This document shows, one piece after another, positions 9,981 through 19,841 of a stretch of 64,000 bases of DNA. Within the stretch, counting starts at the first letter, position 1. The number at the start of each line of letters is the position of its first letter. Made by a program: the position numbers and the translations under genes. The notes beneath the pieces are model-generated. The model searched no databases, was not told the DNA's origin, and saw only the letters and a list, made by a program, of their open reading frames with translations. The DNA is from an uncultured Verrucomicrobiae bacterium (GTDB taxonomy: Bacteria > Verrucomicrobiota > Verrucomicrobiia > Chthoniobacterales > Chthoniobacteraceae): NCBI GenBank assembly GCA_963769025.1, contig CAVYKI010000006.1, forward strand, positions 192,001-256,000. The letters run 5' to 3'.

Positions 9981-10211
9981 TCACTTCATCGTGGCGGAGA
10001 TCACGTCCAGCCATTGCTCAAAAGAGTCGGCATTCCAGTTGTTGCCCGGTTTGAGCCTGCCGGTGGGATTGTAGGCCCACGGTACACCGCCCCACCAGCT
10101 GAACCATCCCTTGCCAGGCACGTTGGCCAGCGGGCTGGCAAATTCGTAAATTACGAACTCCGTTCCCGGCGGGAATTCAGCAACGACGGGCAGTCGGGGA
10201 GTTTCGCTCAT
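9981..10211 (-). CDS. Hypothetical Trp-rich small protein (76 aa)
   Basis: ATG-initiated ORF 30 nt downstream of dnaB that ends at the terminator; protein-like composition; no family recognised. Confidence 0.6.
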   Translation of the reverse strand: MSETPRLPVVAEFPPGTEFVIYEFASPLANVPGKGWFSWWGGVPWAYNPTGRLKPGNNWNADSFEQWLDVISATMK

Positions 10212-10241
10212 GGAGACAGCGACCGGCGCCTGTCGTCACGC

Positions 10242-11705
10242 TCAGTTCCCCGGTTCCGGCCCCTCCGCGCGGTCCTCAAAGCGCGCGTATTCCTTGATGA
10301 ATGTCAGCGGCACGTCGCCGGTCGGGCCATTGCGCTGCTTCGCGATGATGAGCGTCGCCTTGCCCACGGCTTCGGCCTTCGCCTCGTCGGTGTCGGCGTA
10401 ATATTCTTCGCGGATGAGCAGGCCGACGACGTCGGCGTCCTGCTCGATCGTGCCGGACTCGCGGAGATCGCTCAGGCGTGGGCGGCCCTTGCTTTCGCCG
10501 GTGCGCTGCTCGGGATTCCGGTTGAGCTGCGCGAGCACGACGATCGGGATGTTCAGTTCCTTCGAGAGCGCCTTCAGGCCCGAACTGATCTCCGCGATCT
10601 CGAGCTGGCGGCTGTCCTTGGCGCGGCTGCTCGTGCTGCGGAGGAGCTGGAGGTAGTCGATGAAGATCGCCTGGATGTCGTGCTGGCTTTTCATCCGGCG
10701 CGCCTTCGCGCGGAGTTCGAGAATGCTAAGACTGCTTGTGTCATCCACGAAGATCTTCGCCGACGCCAGCCGGTGTGCGCCGTTGGTCAGGGCAGGGAAG
10801 TCGCGCTCGCTCAGGAAGCCGTTGCGAATCGACGAGAGGTTCACCCGCGCGATCGAGCACAGGAGTCGCTGCACGAGCTGCTGCGAGCTCATTTCCAGCG
10901 AGAACACCGCGACCGGCTTGCCCGTCTCCACGGCAATGTGCTCCGCCATGTTCATTGCGAACGCCGTCTTTCCCATCGAGGGCCGCGCCGCGATTACGAA
11001 CATTTCCGCGCCGTGCAGCCCGTCCGTCATCTGGTCGAGCTGCTTGAAGCCCGTCGAGAGCCCGCCGATCTTTCCTCGGCTCTCGTAGAGCTTTTCGATG
11101 TCCCCGATGGCCTTCATCACCATGTCCTTCAGGCTCGCCGCCTTGTCCTTGAAGCGCTCCTTCGCGATGGCGAAAATCTTCGTCTCCACCTCGTCGAGCA
11201 GACCCGCCGGATTGTCCTGTTCCTCGTAGCTCCGGGCTGAGTACTCGTTGCAGACCTTGATGATTTCCCGCAGCGTGAACTTCTCCAGCAGGATCTCGAT
11301 GTAGTAGGCCGCGTTCGCCGCCGTCGGCAGATAGGTGAACAATTCGTTCAGCCCCGCCGCGCCGCCCACCTGGTCCAGCTTGTTCCGGTCGCGCAGGTAT
11401 TGCGCGATGGTGATGAAATCGATCGGCCGGTTCCCATTCCACAGCTCCAGCAGCGCCTCGAAAATCTCGCCATTTGCCGGGATGTAAAAGCTCTCCTTCT
11501 TCACCCCGCTCTCCACCGCGATGCCGATCACTTCCTTCGGCGATAGCAGGATGGAGCTCAGGACGCCCTTCTCGGCGTCCGGCGCCTGTGGGAATTCCCG
11601 GTGAAAATCCGGTGGATAAGTGACCTTTCCCTTCAGGTCACTCCGGGGCTTGCCGCCCCGGCTCTTTTCAGAACCCGGATTCCCTGGTTTGGGATCCGCA
11701 GCCAT
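10242..11705 (-). CDS. dnaB: Replicative DNA helicase DnaB
   Basis: AARPSMGKT Walker A, FSLEMS, IDYLQL, LAQLNR, RPRLSDLRESGTIEQDADVV, IIAKQRNGPTG; no intein. Confidence 0.99.
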   Translation of the reverse strand: MAADPKPGNPGSEKSRGGKPRSDLKGKVTYPPDFHREFPQAPDAEKGVLSSILLSPKEVIGIAVESGVKKESFYIPANGEIFEALLELWNGNRPIDFITIAQYLRDRNKLDQVGGAAGLNELFTYLPTAANAAYYIEILLEKFTLREIIKVCNEYSARSYEEQDNPAGLLDEVETKIFAIAKERFKDKAASLKDMVMKAIGDIEKLYESRGKIGGLSTGFKQLDQMTDGLHGAEMFVIAARPSMGKTAFAMNMAEHIAVETGKPVAVFSLEMSSQQLVQRLLCSIARVNLSSIRNGFLSERDFPALTNGAHRLASAKIFVDDTSSLSILELRAKARRMKSQHDIQAIFIDYLQLLRSTSSRAKDSRQLEIAEISSGLKALSKELNIPIVVLAQLNRNPEQRTGESKGRPRLSDLRESGTIEQDADVVGLLIREEYYADTDEAKAEAVGKATLIIAKQRNGPTGDVPLTFIKEYARFEDRAEGPEPGN

Positions 11706-11711
11706 CGGAGA

Positions 11712-12272
11712 CTACTCCTTGTGCTTTGCCTTCGCCTTGGACTTGAAGCCGCCCACGGTCTTCTCCGTCTTCGGGCCTTCCTCGGCCTCGGGCTTCGCAG
11801 CCTCCACCGGCGTCTTCGACCCGATGGTCACCGCCACCGTCGCGGTGATGTCATGGTGCAGCTTGATCTCCACATCATGCTTGCCGGAATCCTTGAGCGC
11901 CTTGGGCAGCACGATGCGATGGCGATCGATCTCGATGTTGCCGCCGAGTTCCGCGCGAATCTTGTCCGCGATGTCCGAAGCCGTCACCGAGCCGAACGCC
12001 TTGCCGGTCTCGCCCGTCTCCAGTTCAAACGTCAGCTTCAGCTTGCCGATGCGCCGCGCCAGATCCTGCGCCTCGTTCAGCTCCGCCGCCTCGCGCTCGG
12101 CGCGCTTCTTCTTCAGCACGTTGATGCGATGCACGGCGCCGGACGACTTCTCGATCGCCTTGCCCTGCGGCAGGAGGAAATTGCGGGCATACCCGGACTT
12201 CACTTTGACGAGATCGGCTTCTGCGCCGAGATGCTCGACTTTCGCGGTGAGGATGACTTCAGTGGTAGGCAT
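11712..12272 (-). CDS. rplI: 50S ribosomal protein bL9
   Basis: EVIL..VEHLGAEADLVKVKSGYARNFLLPQGKA, GKAFGSVT; ATG at 12272. Confidence 0.97.
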   Translation of the reverse strand: MPTTEVILTAKVEHLGAEADLVKVKSGYARNFLLPQGKAIEKSSGAVHRINVLKKKRAEREAAELNEAQDLARRIGKLKLTFELETGETGKAFGSVTASDIADKIRAELGGNIEIDRHRIVLPKALKDSGKHDVEIKLHHDITATVAVTIGSKTPVEAAKPEAEEGPKTEKTVGGFKSKAKAKHKE

Positions 12273-12312
12273 GGTGAAAAGCGGTTGGTTTGCGGTTGGA
12301 AAAAGGGTCGCG

Positions 12313-12341
12313 TAGATAGTCCTGCCGCGGGGCCATGTCAA
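12313..12341 (-). promoter_or_regulatory. Candidate sigma70-type promoter for rplI-dnaB
   Basis: Minus strand TTGACA-17 nt-TATCTA, about 40 nt upstream of the rplI ATG. Confidence 0.55.
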
Positions 12342-12431
12342 AGGCCATTTTGCCTTTTCCGACGGTCGCTGCATTTCTCCCCTCGCCGAGTCGTCCGGCG
12401 GCCCTTCCAGTGCGCGGCAGATGCCACCCTG

Positions 12432-13001
12432 CTAGAATCTTGACCAGGGCCAACTCGCGTCGGAAAGGGAGTCGTCGCCGCAGCCGGGGACGGAATCGAG
12501 GTTGATGGAGATCTCGATGAGTTTGCCGTGCTTGAAAATGTAGGTGTTGCGCAGGACACGGCCTCGCTCGCGGTCCTGCATGATGACTTTCTTGTAGAGG
12601 GCACACCAGTATTGCTTTTCGCCGCCGCGCACGGCGGTCCGGGCCGGTTTGCCGAGTTTTTCCACCACTTGCTCGCGGATCATGCCGATGCGGATGCCGT
12701 TCTTGGTGGCGAGTTCGATCTTCCGTTCCTCGGTGGCGGTGCCGGGGTTGTCCTCCGGCTTGCGGCCGAAGCGGGCGACTTCAAAGCCGCAGTCCCGGAC
12801 CATGCGACGGTCTTTGGTGAGGGTGATACTCTTGTGCCCGCCGTCGCAATCAACCGTCTTGTAGAGATAGTAGCCGCTTTCGGGGTCGTGCCAGCAACGA
12901 ATGGCGAGGGCGGGGGCTTCGGTGGACATTCCGCCGACGGCGACCGTGAGATTCGCGGGCCATGCCGCGAGCATGAGGACAGAGAGGAGCGCGAGGATCA
13001 T
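12432..13001 (-). CDS. Hypothetical exported protein
   Basis: Hydrophobic N-terminus; GIRIGMIREQVVEKLGKP resembles SmpA/OmlA(BamE)-like repeats; 5 Cys. Confidence 0.7.
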   Translation of the reverse strand: MILALLSVLMLAAWPANLTVAVGGMSTEAPALAIRCWHDPESGYYLYKTVDCDGGHKSITLTKDRRMVRDCGFEVARFGRKPEDNPGTATEERKIELATKNGIRIGMIREQVVEKLGKPARTAVRGGEKQYWCALYKKVIMQDRERGRVLRNTYIFKHGKLIEISINLDSVPGCGDDSLSDASWPWSRF

Positions 13002-13217
13002 GCGCCGTAGGATTCACGCGCCCCGGCGATGCGTCAATCGCCGGCCTGTGCAAGCCCGGCTAGTGCGGGCGCGGCGGCGTGGGCACCGGGTTTCCGCGCA
13101 GGAAATCGGCTGCGCCATTCTGTTGCATTGCCTCGTCTCCCCCTGCCCGGCGTTGCCGTTGCGCCTTGCAAGGGCCGGGTCGGTCAGCTTGGGTTGTGAG
13201 GCGTCGCCACCCTCCCC

Positions 13218-13697
13218 ATGAAACCACTATTCTTCGCACTTTTGCTGTGTTTTGCACCGGTCGCGTCAGGCTCCGTGCTTCGGCTCGATTCGATTTCGTT
13301 GCCGTTGTATCTGCACGGCTCGGAAGCGGACCCCCGGATCTCCATCGTGGCGGTTCCGTATGTCACATTCTATGCGGATCCGGAATGGTGTTTCTCCGCG
13401 CTCTCCAAACCCTTTGTGCCGCCCACGGATGGCACTTGGAAGCCGCACGATGTGAACCTTGCGTCCGTGTATGGCATCGTGGTGAGTGGCACCTACAAGG
13501 ATAACAACATGGACATGGTGGTGACCATCGATGCGTCGAAGGCCAGCGTGCCGGAGGGATACCCTTTCACGATCGAGCAGGTCATCACCGCGGTGGATAC
13601 GTGCGTGAAGCTCGCCTATCCTTCACGCCCGGCGGATGAAGGTGCGCTCGAAATCGTGATTACGCGAGCAAAGGCAAAGTCGAAGCCCAAGAAATGA
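13218..13697 (+). CDS. Hypothetical exported protein
   Basis: Signal peptide MKPLFFALLLCFAPVASG; globular composition. Confidence 0.75.
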   Translation: MKPLFFALLLCFAPVASGSVLRLDSISLPLYLHGSEADPRISIVAVPYVTFYADPEWCFSALSKPFVPPTDGTWKPHDVNLASVYGIVVSGTYKDNNMDMVVTIDASKASVPEGYPFTIEQVITAVDTCVKLAYPSRPADEGALEIVITRAKAKSKPKK

Positions 13698-13751
13698 CCG
13701 CGACGGCGGAGGAGCGGGCGTGCTGGCGGCGGGATGGAGGCGGAAGCCGGC

Positions 13752-14861
13752 CTACACGCCGTCCGCGAATTTCTGCATCGCCTCCTCCTGCTTCGCGATG
13801 CTCTCGACGAGGCGGAGCTGCGTGCGGCAGCGGTCGAGGTTATGCTGCGGGCGGTGGACGCGGAAATAGGTGTCGCCTTGCAGGTAGTCCGTGAGGAAGC
13901 GCAGGGCGAGGGTGAAGGTGATGAGCCGTCCGCTGATGGCGATGAGCGCGCGTTCGTTCTTCGTGAGGAATGCGCCGGCTGTGCCGAGGTAGCCGCGGGC
14001 CAGCGCCTTGAACATCGGCATCTGCATCCGCACCTTCGAGAGGTCGGTCTCGTCCTCCAGCGTCGGGCTCGTGGTGGTGCGGATCATGTCGCCAAAGTCG
14101 TAGAGCGGGCTGCCGGGCATCACCGTATCGAGGTCCACGACGCACATCGCCTTCCGCGTGTCGGTGTCGAGCATCACGTTGTTGAATTTCGTGTCGTTGT
14201 GCGTGATTCGCTCGGGGATGCGTTTCTTCGCGAGCGCGGTGAGCACGGTGTCCACGATCGGTTCCAGCGACAGCGCCTGCTCGATCTCCTTCTTTGCGGC
14301 GGCGGCGCGGTTCGCCTTGTCGGTTTTCATGGCGGCGAGCAGCGCATCGAAGCGCCGCCGCGTGTTGTGAAAGTGCGGGATCGTCTCGGTGAGGCGTTTG
14401 CCTGGGAGGTCCGCCAGCAGGCTCTGGAATTCGCCGAATGCGCGCCCCGCCTCAAACGCCTGCTCCGGCGACTCCACCGCCTCAAACGTCCGCACCTTTT
14501 CGATGAAGACAAACGTGCGCCAATATTCGCCCTCGCGCGTCTTGTGGAAGGACGCGCCGTCGTGCGTCGGGACCACGGTCAGTGCGCGGCGCGTGAGGTC
14601 CTTCGTGCCGGCTGCGGCGAGCTTGCGCCGCAGGTGCGTGGTGACGCGCATGAGATTGTCCATCACGCCCGCGGGATCCTTGAAGACCTCGTGGTTGATG
14701 CGCTGGTGGATGTAGCGCACGCGCGTGCCGCCCTGGTCGTAGGTCGCCGTGTAAGTCTCGTTGATGTGCCCGACCTTGCACGCCTCCGCGTGGAGGATTT
14801 CCCCGTGGATCTGGAACTCCCGCGAGATGTCGAGCAGGCGGGGGAGGTTGCGGCGTTGCAT
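13752..14861 (-). CDS. Aminoglycoside phosphotransferase/choline kinase superfamily protein (N-acetylhexosamine-1-kinase-like)
   Basis: GHINETY, QRINHEVF, ETIPHFHNT, THNDTKFNN (Brenner motif), VVDLDTVMPG, YDFGD. Confidence 0.88.
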   Translation of the reverse strand: MQRRNLPRLLDISREFQIHGEILHAEACKVGHINETYTATYDQGGTRVRYIHQRINHEVFKDPAGVMDNLMRVTTHLRRKLAAAGTKDLTRRALTVVPTHDGASFHKTREGEYWRTFVFIEKVRTFEAVESPEQAFEAGRAFGEFQSLLADLPGKRLTETIPHFHNTRRRFDALLAAMKTDKANRAAAAKKEIEQALSLEPIVDTVLTALAKKRIPERITHNDTKFNNVMLDTDTRKAMCVVDLDTVMPGSPLYDFGDMIRTTTSPTLEDETDLSKVRMQMPMFKALARGYLGTAGAFLTKNERALIAISGRLITFTLALRFLTDYLQGDTYFRVHRPQHNLDRCRTQLRLVESIAKQEEAMQKFADGV

Positions 14862-14917
14862 GGCGCGAGAAAAAGGAAACTCACGGCGCGGTGCAAGCGC
14901 GCTGCTGCGGGCGGACG

Positions 14918-15976
14918 CTACAGCCACTTTTTCCTGCGGAAGAAAATGAGCTGGCCGACGGCGATGACGACCATCACGACCCACAGAATCCAGTATCCCC
15001 ACCGGGTGTGGAGCTCGGGCATGTTCGCGAAGTTCATGCCATAGACGCCGACGAGGAAGGTGAGCGGGATGAAGATGGAGGAAATGACCGTGAGCACGCG
15101 CATGACCTCATTCGTCCGCAGGCCGACGCTGGAGAGATACATGTCCATGAGGCTCGTCGCCACGTCGCGGTAGGACTCGATGAGGTCCATGATCTGCACG
15201 GTATGGTCGTAGAGGTCGCGGAGATAGACCTTCGTCTCGGGCTGGATGAATCCGCTGTCGCCGTGCAGCAGGGAATTCACCACGTCGCGCTCGGGCCAAA
15301 CGAAGCGGCGGAGCTGCATGAGCGTGCGCTTCAGGCTGTGGAGCTGGCCGATGGTGTCCTTGTTCGGGCTCGTGAGGACCGCGTCCTCGATCTCCTGGAG
15401 CGCCTCGCCGATCTCTTCGAGCACGGGAAAGCCGTGGTCCACGATGGCATCGAGCAGCGCATACGCGAGGTAGTCGGCCTTCATCGTGCGGATGTTTCCG
15501 CCGCCACCGCGGATGCGCTGGCGGACTGGCTCGAACACGTCCGTCTCGGAATCCTCCTGGATGCTGATGAGGAAATTTCCGCACACGAAAATGCTCACCT
15601 GCTCGCCGCAGAGGCATTCCTCGGCGTCGTGGTAGATCATCTGCGCGATCATGAAAAGGTGCCCCGGGTAGAGCTCCAGCTTCGGGCGCTGGCCGACGTT
15701 CAGCACGTCCTCGAGCGCGAGCGGGTGCAGGCTGAATTTTTGCCCGAGCGCCTTCAGCGCATCCACATCTCCGAGGCCGTTGAATTCGATCCAGCGGATT
15801 TTGCCGTCGTTCGTCGCCGTAAGATCCGGCAGTTCCGCGACGCTGCCGATGGTGCGCTCGTTGAAGCCGTTCCGGTCATACTCCATGAGATTGATGACGA
15901 GGGCGGCGGATGCGTCCGGCGCGGCGCGGAGAGTGGCCGGCGCAGCGCCCGGACGGGAGTATCGCTTCTTAAACAT
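14918..15976 (-). CDS. corA: Magnesium/cobalt transporter CorA
   Basis: LHPLALEDV..QRPKLE, NEVMRVLT, YGMNF signature, MPEL. Confidence 0.97.
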   Translation of the reverse strand: MFKKRYSRPGAAPATLRAAPDASAALVINLMEYDRNGFNERTIGSVAELPDLTATNDGKIRWIEFNGLGDVDALKALGQKFSLHPLALEDVLNVGQRPKLELYPGHLFMIAQMIYHDAEECLCGEQVSIFVCGNFLISIQEDSETDVFEPVRQRIRGGGGNIRTMKADYLAYALLDAIVDHGFPVLEEIGEALQEIEDAVLTSPNKDTIGQLHSLKRTLMQLRRFVWPERDVVNSLLHGDSGFIQPETKVYLRDLYDHTVQIMDLIESYRDVATSLMDMYLSSVGLRTNEVMRVLTVISSIFIPLTFLVGVYGMNFANMPELHTRWGYWILWVVMVVIAVGQLIFFRRKKWL

Positions 15977-16030
15977 GGCCGCGATGCAACCAGCCCGCGC
16001 CAGACTCGGCGAGTGGAATGCGCCGCCGGG

Positions 16031-17896
16031 CTAGGCGACCGTCCGCCGCTGGAACCACCACCACTCGACGAGCAGGACGATGAATCCGGCGAGCGCGAGC
16101 GGCCACCAAAGCGAGTGATCGGTCTTCGACATCGCGGTGGCGGTGGCGACGGAAATGCGGTCGCCGAATTCCATCTCGCTCACCGCCGCGAGGCTGGTCT
16201 CGGATGCGCTGAGGAGGCTCGCGCCGATCGTCCGCGTCGCGCCGCCGGAGGTGAAGGTGTATTCGCCAATATGCTCCGCGGGGATTCCGGCGACAGTGCC
16301 GCGATCGTCCGCGCGCGCCGTCCGAGAGAGACGCGCCGGCCCGCTGACGGTGACGTTTGCACCAGCGGTGAAATTTTGCGCCGGAAGCACGCCGGTCGCC
16401 ACTGCTGCGGCGTCGGAAAGCCCGGCGAGGTTTTGGGCGTATTGGACGAGATTCGCGACGAGGATCGGGAACGCGACGCGGAAAGGAAGGGTGCTGCGCT
16501 CGGGGTGGAAGAGAAGGTGGACGCGCGCATTTCCGCCGCGGGCGTCGCTGCGCATCAGCGCAAGCGGACCGTGCTGGCCTTGCGCGAGGATTTCGTAGCC
16601 GAGGTTTGCGAATGCAGTGTCGTCCTTTCCTGCGGCGGTCACGGGATCCTCCATGAAGATGACGTCGTCGAGGCTCACGTGCTGGAGCAGCGGCGAGTCG
16701 CGCCGCCAGTCGATCGCAGCCGTGCTTTTCTGCGCGAGGCTCACGAGTGCGGCGGCATCCGCCGGCACGAAGCCCGTGGTGCAGAGCAGGAGCGCGGGCG
16801 GAGCATCGGGCTTGTCGGAGATGGCGAGGTCGAAGGTGCTCGGCGAGGGCGTGTCCTTTGCGGGAAAAATGCGGAGGCCGTCGAGCGCGCCGAGCGCGTG
16901 GCGGAAAGGCGCGAGCGACTCCGGAACGAAGACATCGAGCGGCCGGACGGCGGGGAGGCTCAGCCACGCCTCGTTGTCGCTGGCGAGGGAATCGAATCCG
17001 CCGGGACGCAGCACGGCGCGGATGGATGCGCCCTGCGCGCCTGCGATGCGGAAGGCGAGGCGGGGCGCGCCGCCCGCCGTGAGCGCGACCTGCTCCTGTG
17101 CGATGGTCTGGCCGCCGGCCTGCAGTTCCACCGTCGCCGTGGCGGCTGGCGCCGGGATCGGTGATGGCGAGCTGGACGAACAATTCCCAGTCGCCGCTGG
17201 CACCGCGGCGCGCGTTGAATGCGGTGATGCCGGCGTTCGGTCCGGCGGGCGGGAGCTTTTGCAGTTCGATTTGAAACGGCAGCTCGAAGTTTGTCTTCGC
17301 CGGGAGGTTGCCATCCGTGAGCACGAGGACGCGGTCGAACGGCGTGGTGCGAGCGAGCGCCTGCGCGAGGCGGAGCGCTTCCTCCAGATCGCCGGGCACA
17401 TCCTCCACTTCGATGCGCGGCCAGGGCGTCGCGCAGCTCGGTCTTGTTGTTCGTGAAGCCGGTGAGTTTGCGCGCCGTGCGGCTGAACGTGATGAGGCAG
17501 AGTTCCTGATCCGCCGGCAGTCCGTCGATGCGCTCGCGCAGCCGCTGCTTCGCCTCATCGAGCCGCGAGCGCCCGTCCGCCTTTGTCCAGCGCGCCCATG
17601 CTCGCCGAGACATCCACAAGCACCGGCAGCCGTGCCGCGCGGTGCGCGTCGCGACGGAGGAATGGCTGCATCGCCGCGAGCACGAGCAGCGCGAGCAGGA
17701 GGATTTGGAGCAGGAGCAGGAGGTTGCGCTTGAAGCGCTGGAACGGGGAATTCACCCGCTGATCGCTGAGCACCTGCCGCCACAGCACGAGCGAAGGAAC
17801 GATCTGCCGCGGGCGCTTCAGCTTCAGGAAATAGAAAACGACCAGCGGGATCAGCAGGGCGAAAAGCCACGCGCTGGAGAGGGCGGTGAAGGTCAC
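16031..17896 (-). CDS. BatA-type N-terminal domain + vWA domain membrane protein (two apparent indels)
   Basis: N-terminal LIPLVVFYFLKLKRPRQIVPSLVLW..LLLLLQILLLALLVLAAMQP, MIDAS DVSASM, VLTDG, C-terminal ETSL..WWPLALAGFIVLLVEWW; spread over three frames. Confidence 0.85.
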
Positions 17897-18105
17897 AGCA
17901 GTGCGCGGAATTGCTCCGGAGTGAGGCCTGCGTCCTTGGCGATCGACCCCATCGTCAACGGGTTGACCGGATTGTGCCGCGGGATGACCAGCCTCCTTTT
18001 GCCGTTGCTCATGACGATGTGCCCGCTTTGCCGCGCGATGCGATAACCGAGTTTTTCAAACACGCGCACGGCATCGCGTTGGCTAATCCCAGGGAGCTTC
18101 GGCAC
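17893..18105 (-). CDS. hicA: HicA-family toxin (mRNA interferase)
   Basis: GTG start; MPKLPGISQRDAVRVFEKLGYRIARQSGHIVM..VIPRH..TMGSIAKDAGLTPEQFRALL, with the conserved catalytic His. Confidence 0.9.
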   Translation of the reverse strand: MPKLPGISQRDAVRVFEKLGYRIARQSGHIVMSNGKRRLVIPRHNPVNPLTMGSIAKDAGLTPEQFRALL

Positions 18106-18107
18106 CG

Positions 18108-18324
18108 CTAGACGGTGACGAGTTCGCGTGTGTAACGGGCGCCTTCGGCAGCCAGTTCGCGGATTGAATCTTCCTCGGCGACTTCGAGCCAGAGTGCGAT
18201 GGCCTCGCGGATGTTCGCCAGCGCCTCCTCGCGTGTGGCTCCCTGCGAATGGCAGCCGGGAAGCGACGGACATGAGACGGCGAATCCTCCATCCGATTCG
18301 ATGAGCACGATCGGGGTATTGCAT
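18108..18324 (-). CDS. hicB: HicB-family antitoxin, short form (extra C near start)
   Basis: MQYP/IVLIESDGGFAVSCPSLPGCHSQGATREEALANIREAIALWLE; no C-terminal DNA-binding domain. Confidence 0.9.
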
Positions 18325-18375
18325 GGACGAAGCTTGATTGCGGGCGCCCGCTTTTGAAAGGCGAGATTCGGCGGG

Positions 18376-19263
18376 TCATACAATCCACCCTTTCCTGCGG
18401 AGCGTCTCGAAGAACAGGCGTTCGAAGGGTTCGGCGGCATTCATGCAAAGGCAGCGGCCGGAGCGCTGCTGGCAGAGCGTGGTGAGCTGCTCCTCGCGGG
18501 CGGCGCGGTATTCCTGATAGAGGGAGAGAAGGTCGCGGACGTTGCTGATGTCGAGCGTCGCGCCGGTCTCGCTGTCCACGAGCCGGAAGTCGTCGGTCAT
18601 CGCGGGCGCGAACTCGGCCGGGCCGAGGATTTGCAGCGCCCACGGTTCGAGGCCGGCATTGTGCAGGAGGCTGATCGCGCGCTTGAGATCGCCGGGCGTG
18701 AGAAAATCCGAGAGCACGGCTGCGACGCCGCGCCCGCGGTGCAGGCGCAGGAAGTCCTCGATGCCCTCCTCGACCGGCTGTTCGCCGCCTCCTTCGATGC
18801 CCTCGATGAAGGCGAGCATCTTCCGCACGCTCGCGCGTCCGCTGCATGGCGGGAGGTGCCGGCCGCTCGCGCCGCCGAGCGCATACACGCTCACCTTTTC
18901 CGAGCCGCGCAGGGCGATGACGCCGAACGCGGCGGCGATGCGACGCGCGAGCAGGAGTTTTTCCTCGAACGTCATCGACGTGGATGCATCCACGAGCAGC
19001 GCGATGTGCATCTCCTCCTCCTGGTGATACTGCTTCAGGTAGGGCCGGTTGATGCGCGCGAAGATGTTCCAGTCCACGAAGCGCACGTCGTCGCCAGGCG
19101 AGTAGTCGCGGAAGTCGCAGAACTCCGTGCTCGCGCCGCCCTTCGACGCGAGATGCTCGCCGCGTGCGCGGTTCGTGAATCGGCGCGATGCGTTCAGCCG
19201 CAGGCGCGTGAGGCGATCCAGATCGCGGTTGCTGAGCAGCGTGGAGATTTGCGCGGCAGGCAT
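18376..19263 (-). CDS. DUF58 (MoxR-associated, vWA-like) protein
   Basis: GEHLASKGGASTEFCDFRDYSPGDDVRFVDWNIFAR, LLVDASTSM, VLSDF, LVDSETG. Confidence 0.95.
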   Translation of the reverse strand: MPAAQISTLLSNRDLDRLTRLRLNASRRFTNRARGEHLASKGGASTEFCDFRDYSPGDDVRFVDWNIFARINRPYLKQYHQEEEMHIALLVDASTSMTFEEKLLLARRIAAAFGVIALRGSEKVSVYALGGASGRHLPPCSGRASVRKMLAFIEGIEGGGEQPVEEGIEDFLRLHRGRGVAAVLSDFLTPGDLKRAISLLHNAGLEPWALQILGPAEFAPAMTDDFRLVDSETGATLDISNVRDLLSLYQEYRAAREEQLTTLCQQRSGRCLCMNAAEPFERLFFETLRRKGWIV

Positions 19264-19366
19264 GGCTGGCGGTGTGCATACGCGGATGCGCGCCTCCGGG
19301 CAATGGCGTTGAGCGCTGCCGGGGAATTCGTTTGCCGCCGTTGCGCGCGCCGCTAGCCTCGCAGCC

Positions 19367-19820
19367 ATGAGTTTGCTTGGTCAGATTGATTCGGACATCA
19401 AGGACGCGATGCGGGCGCGCGCCGCCGATCGGCTCGGCGTGCTGCGGATGCTCAAGAGCACGCTGAAGGCGACCGCCATGGAGAAGGGAATCGCCGACGA
19501 GGCGCTGGATGACGCGACTGCGCTCAGCGTCCTGCGCAAGGAGATGAAGAAGCGCCAGGATTCCATCGAGAGCTTCGAAAAGGGCGGACGGCTCGACCTT
19601 TCGGAGAAGGAAAAGGCCGAGGCGGAAATCCTCGCGGCCTACCTTCCGAAGCCGCTCACCGCGGAGGAAATCGAGGCGATCGTGAAGGCCGCAATCGCCG
19701 AGGCGGGTGCGACTTCGAAGGCGCAGATGGGCGCCGTGATGAAGCTCGCGACCGAGCGCGCCGCCGGGCCGTGCGGACGGGCGCGCGTTGAGTGCAGTCG
19801 TCGGAAAGCTGCTTCCGTAG
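19367..19820 (+). CDS. GatB/YqeY domain protein (indels near 3' end)
   Basis: DIKDAMRAR..LRMLKS, KEMKKRQDSIESFEKGGRLDL..EAEILAAYLPKPL, MGAVMK. Confidence 0.92.
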
Positions 19821-19841
19821 CGCCGCACCTATTTACGCAGG

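Noticed and set aside
10242..11705. Intein in DnaB
   Set aside because: The length (487 aa) is ordinary and the helicase motifs are contiguous.
14891..17164. Long antisense/shadow ORFs (also 25789-27273, 39053-40783, 46343-47881, 52234-54861, 59434-60852)
   Set aside because: They lie opposite well-supported genes and show no motifs. Such ORFs are expected from stop-codon scarcity in high-GC DNA.
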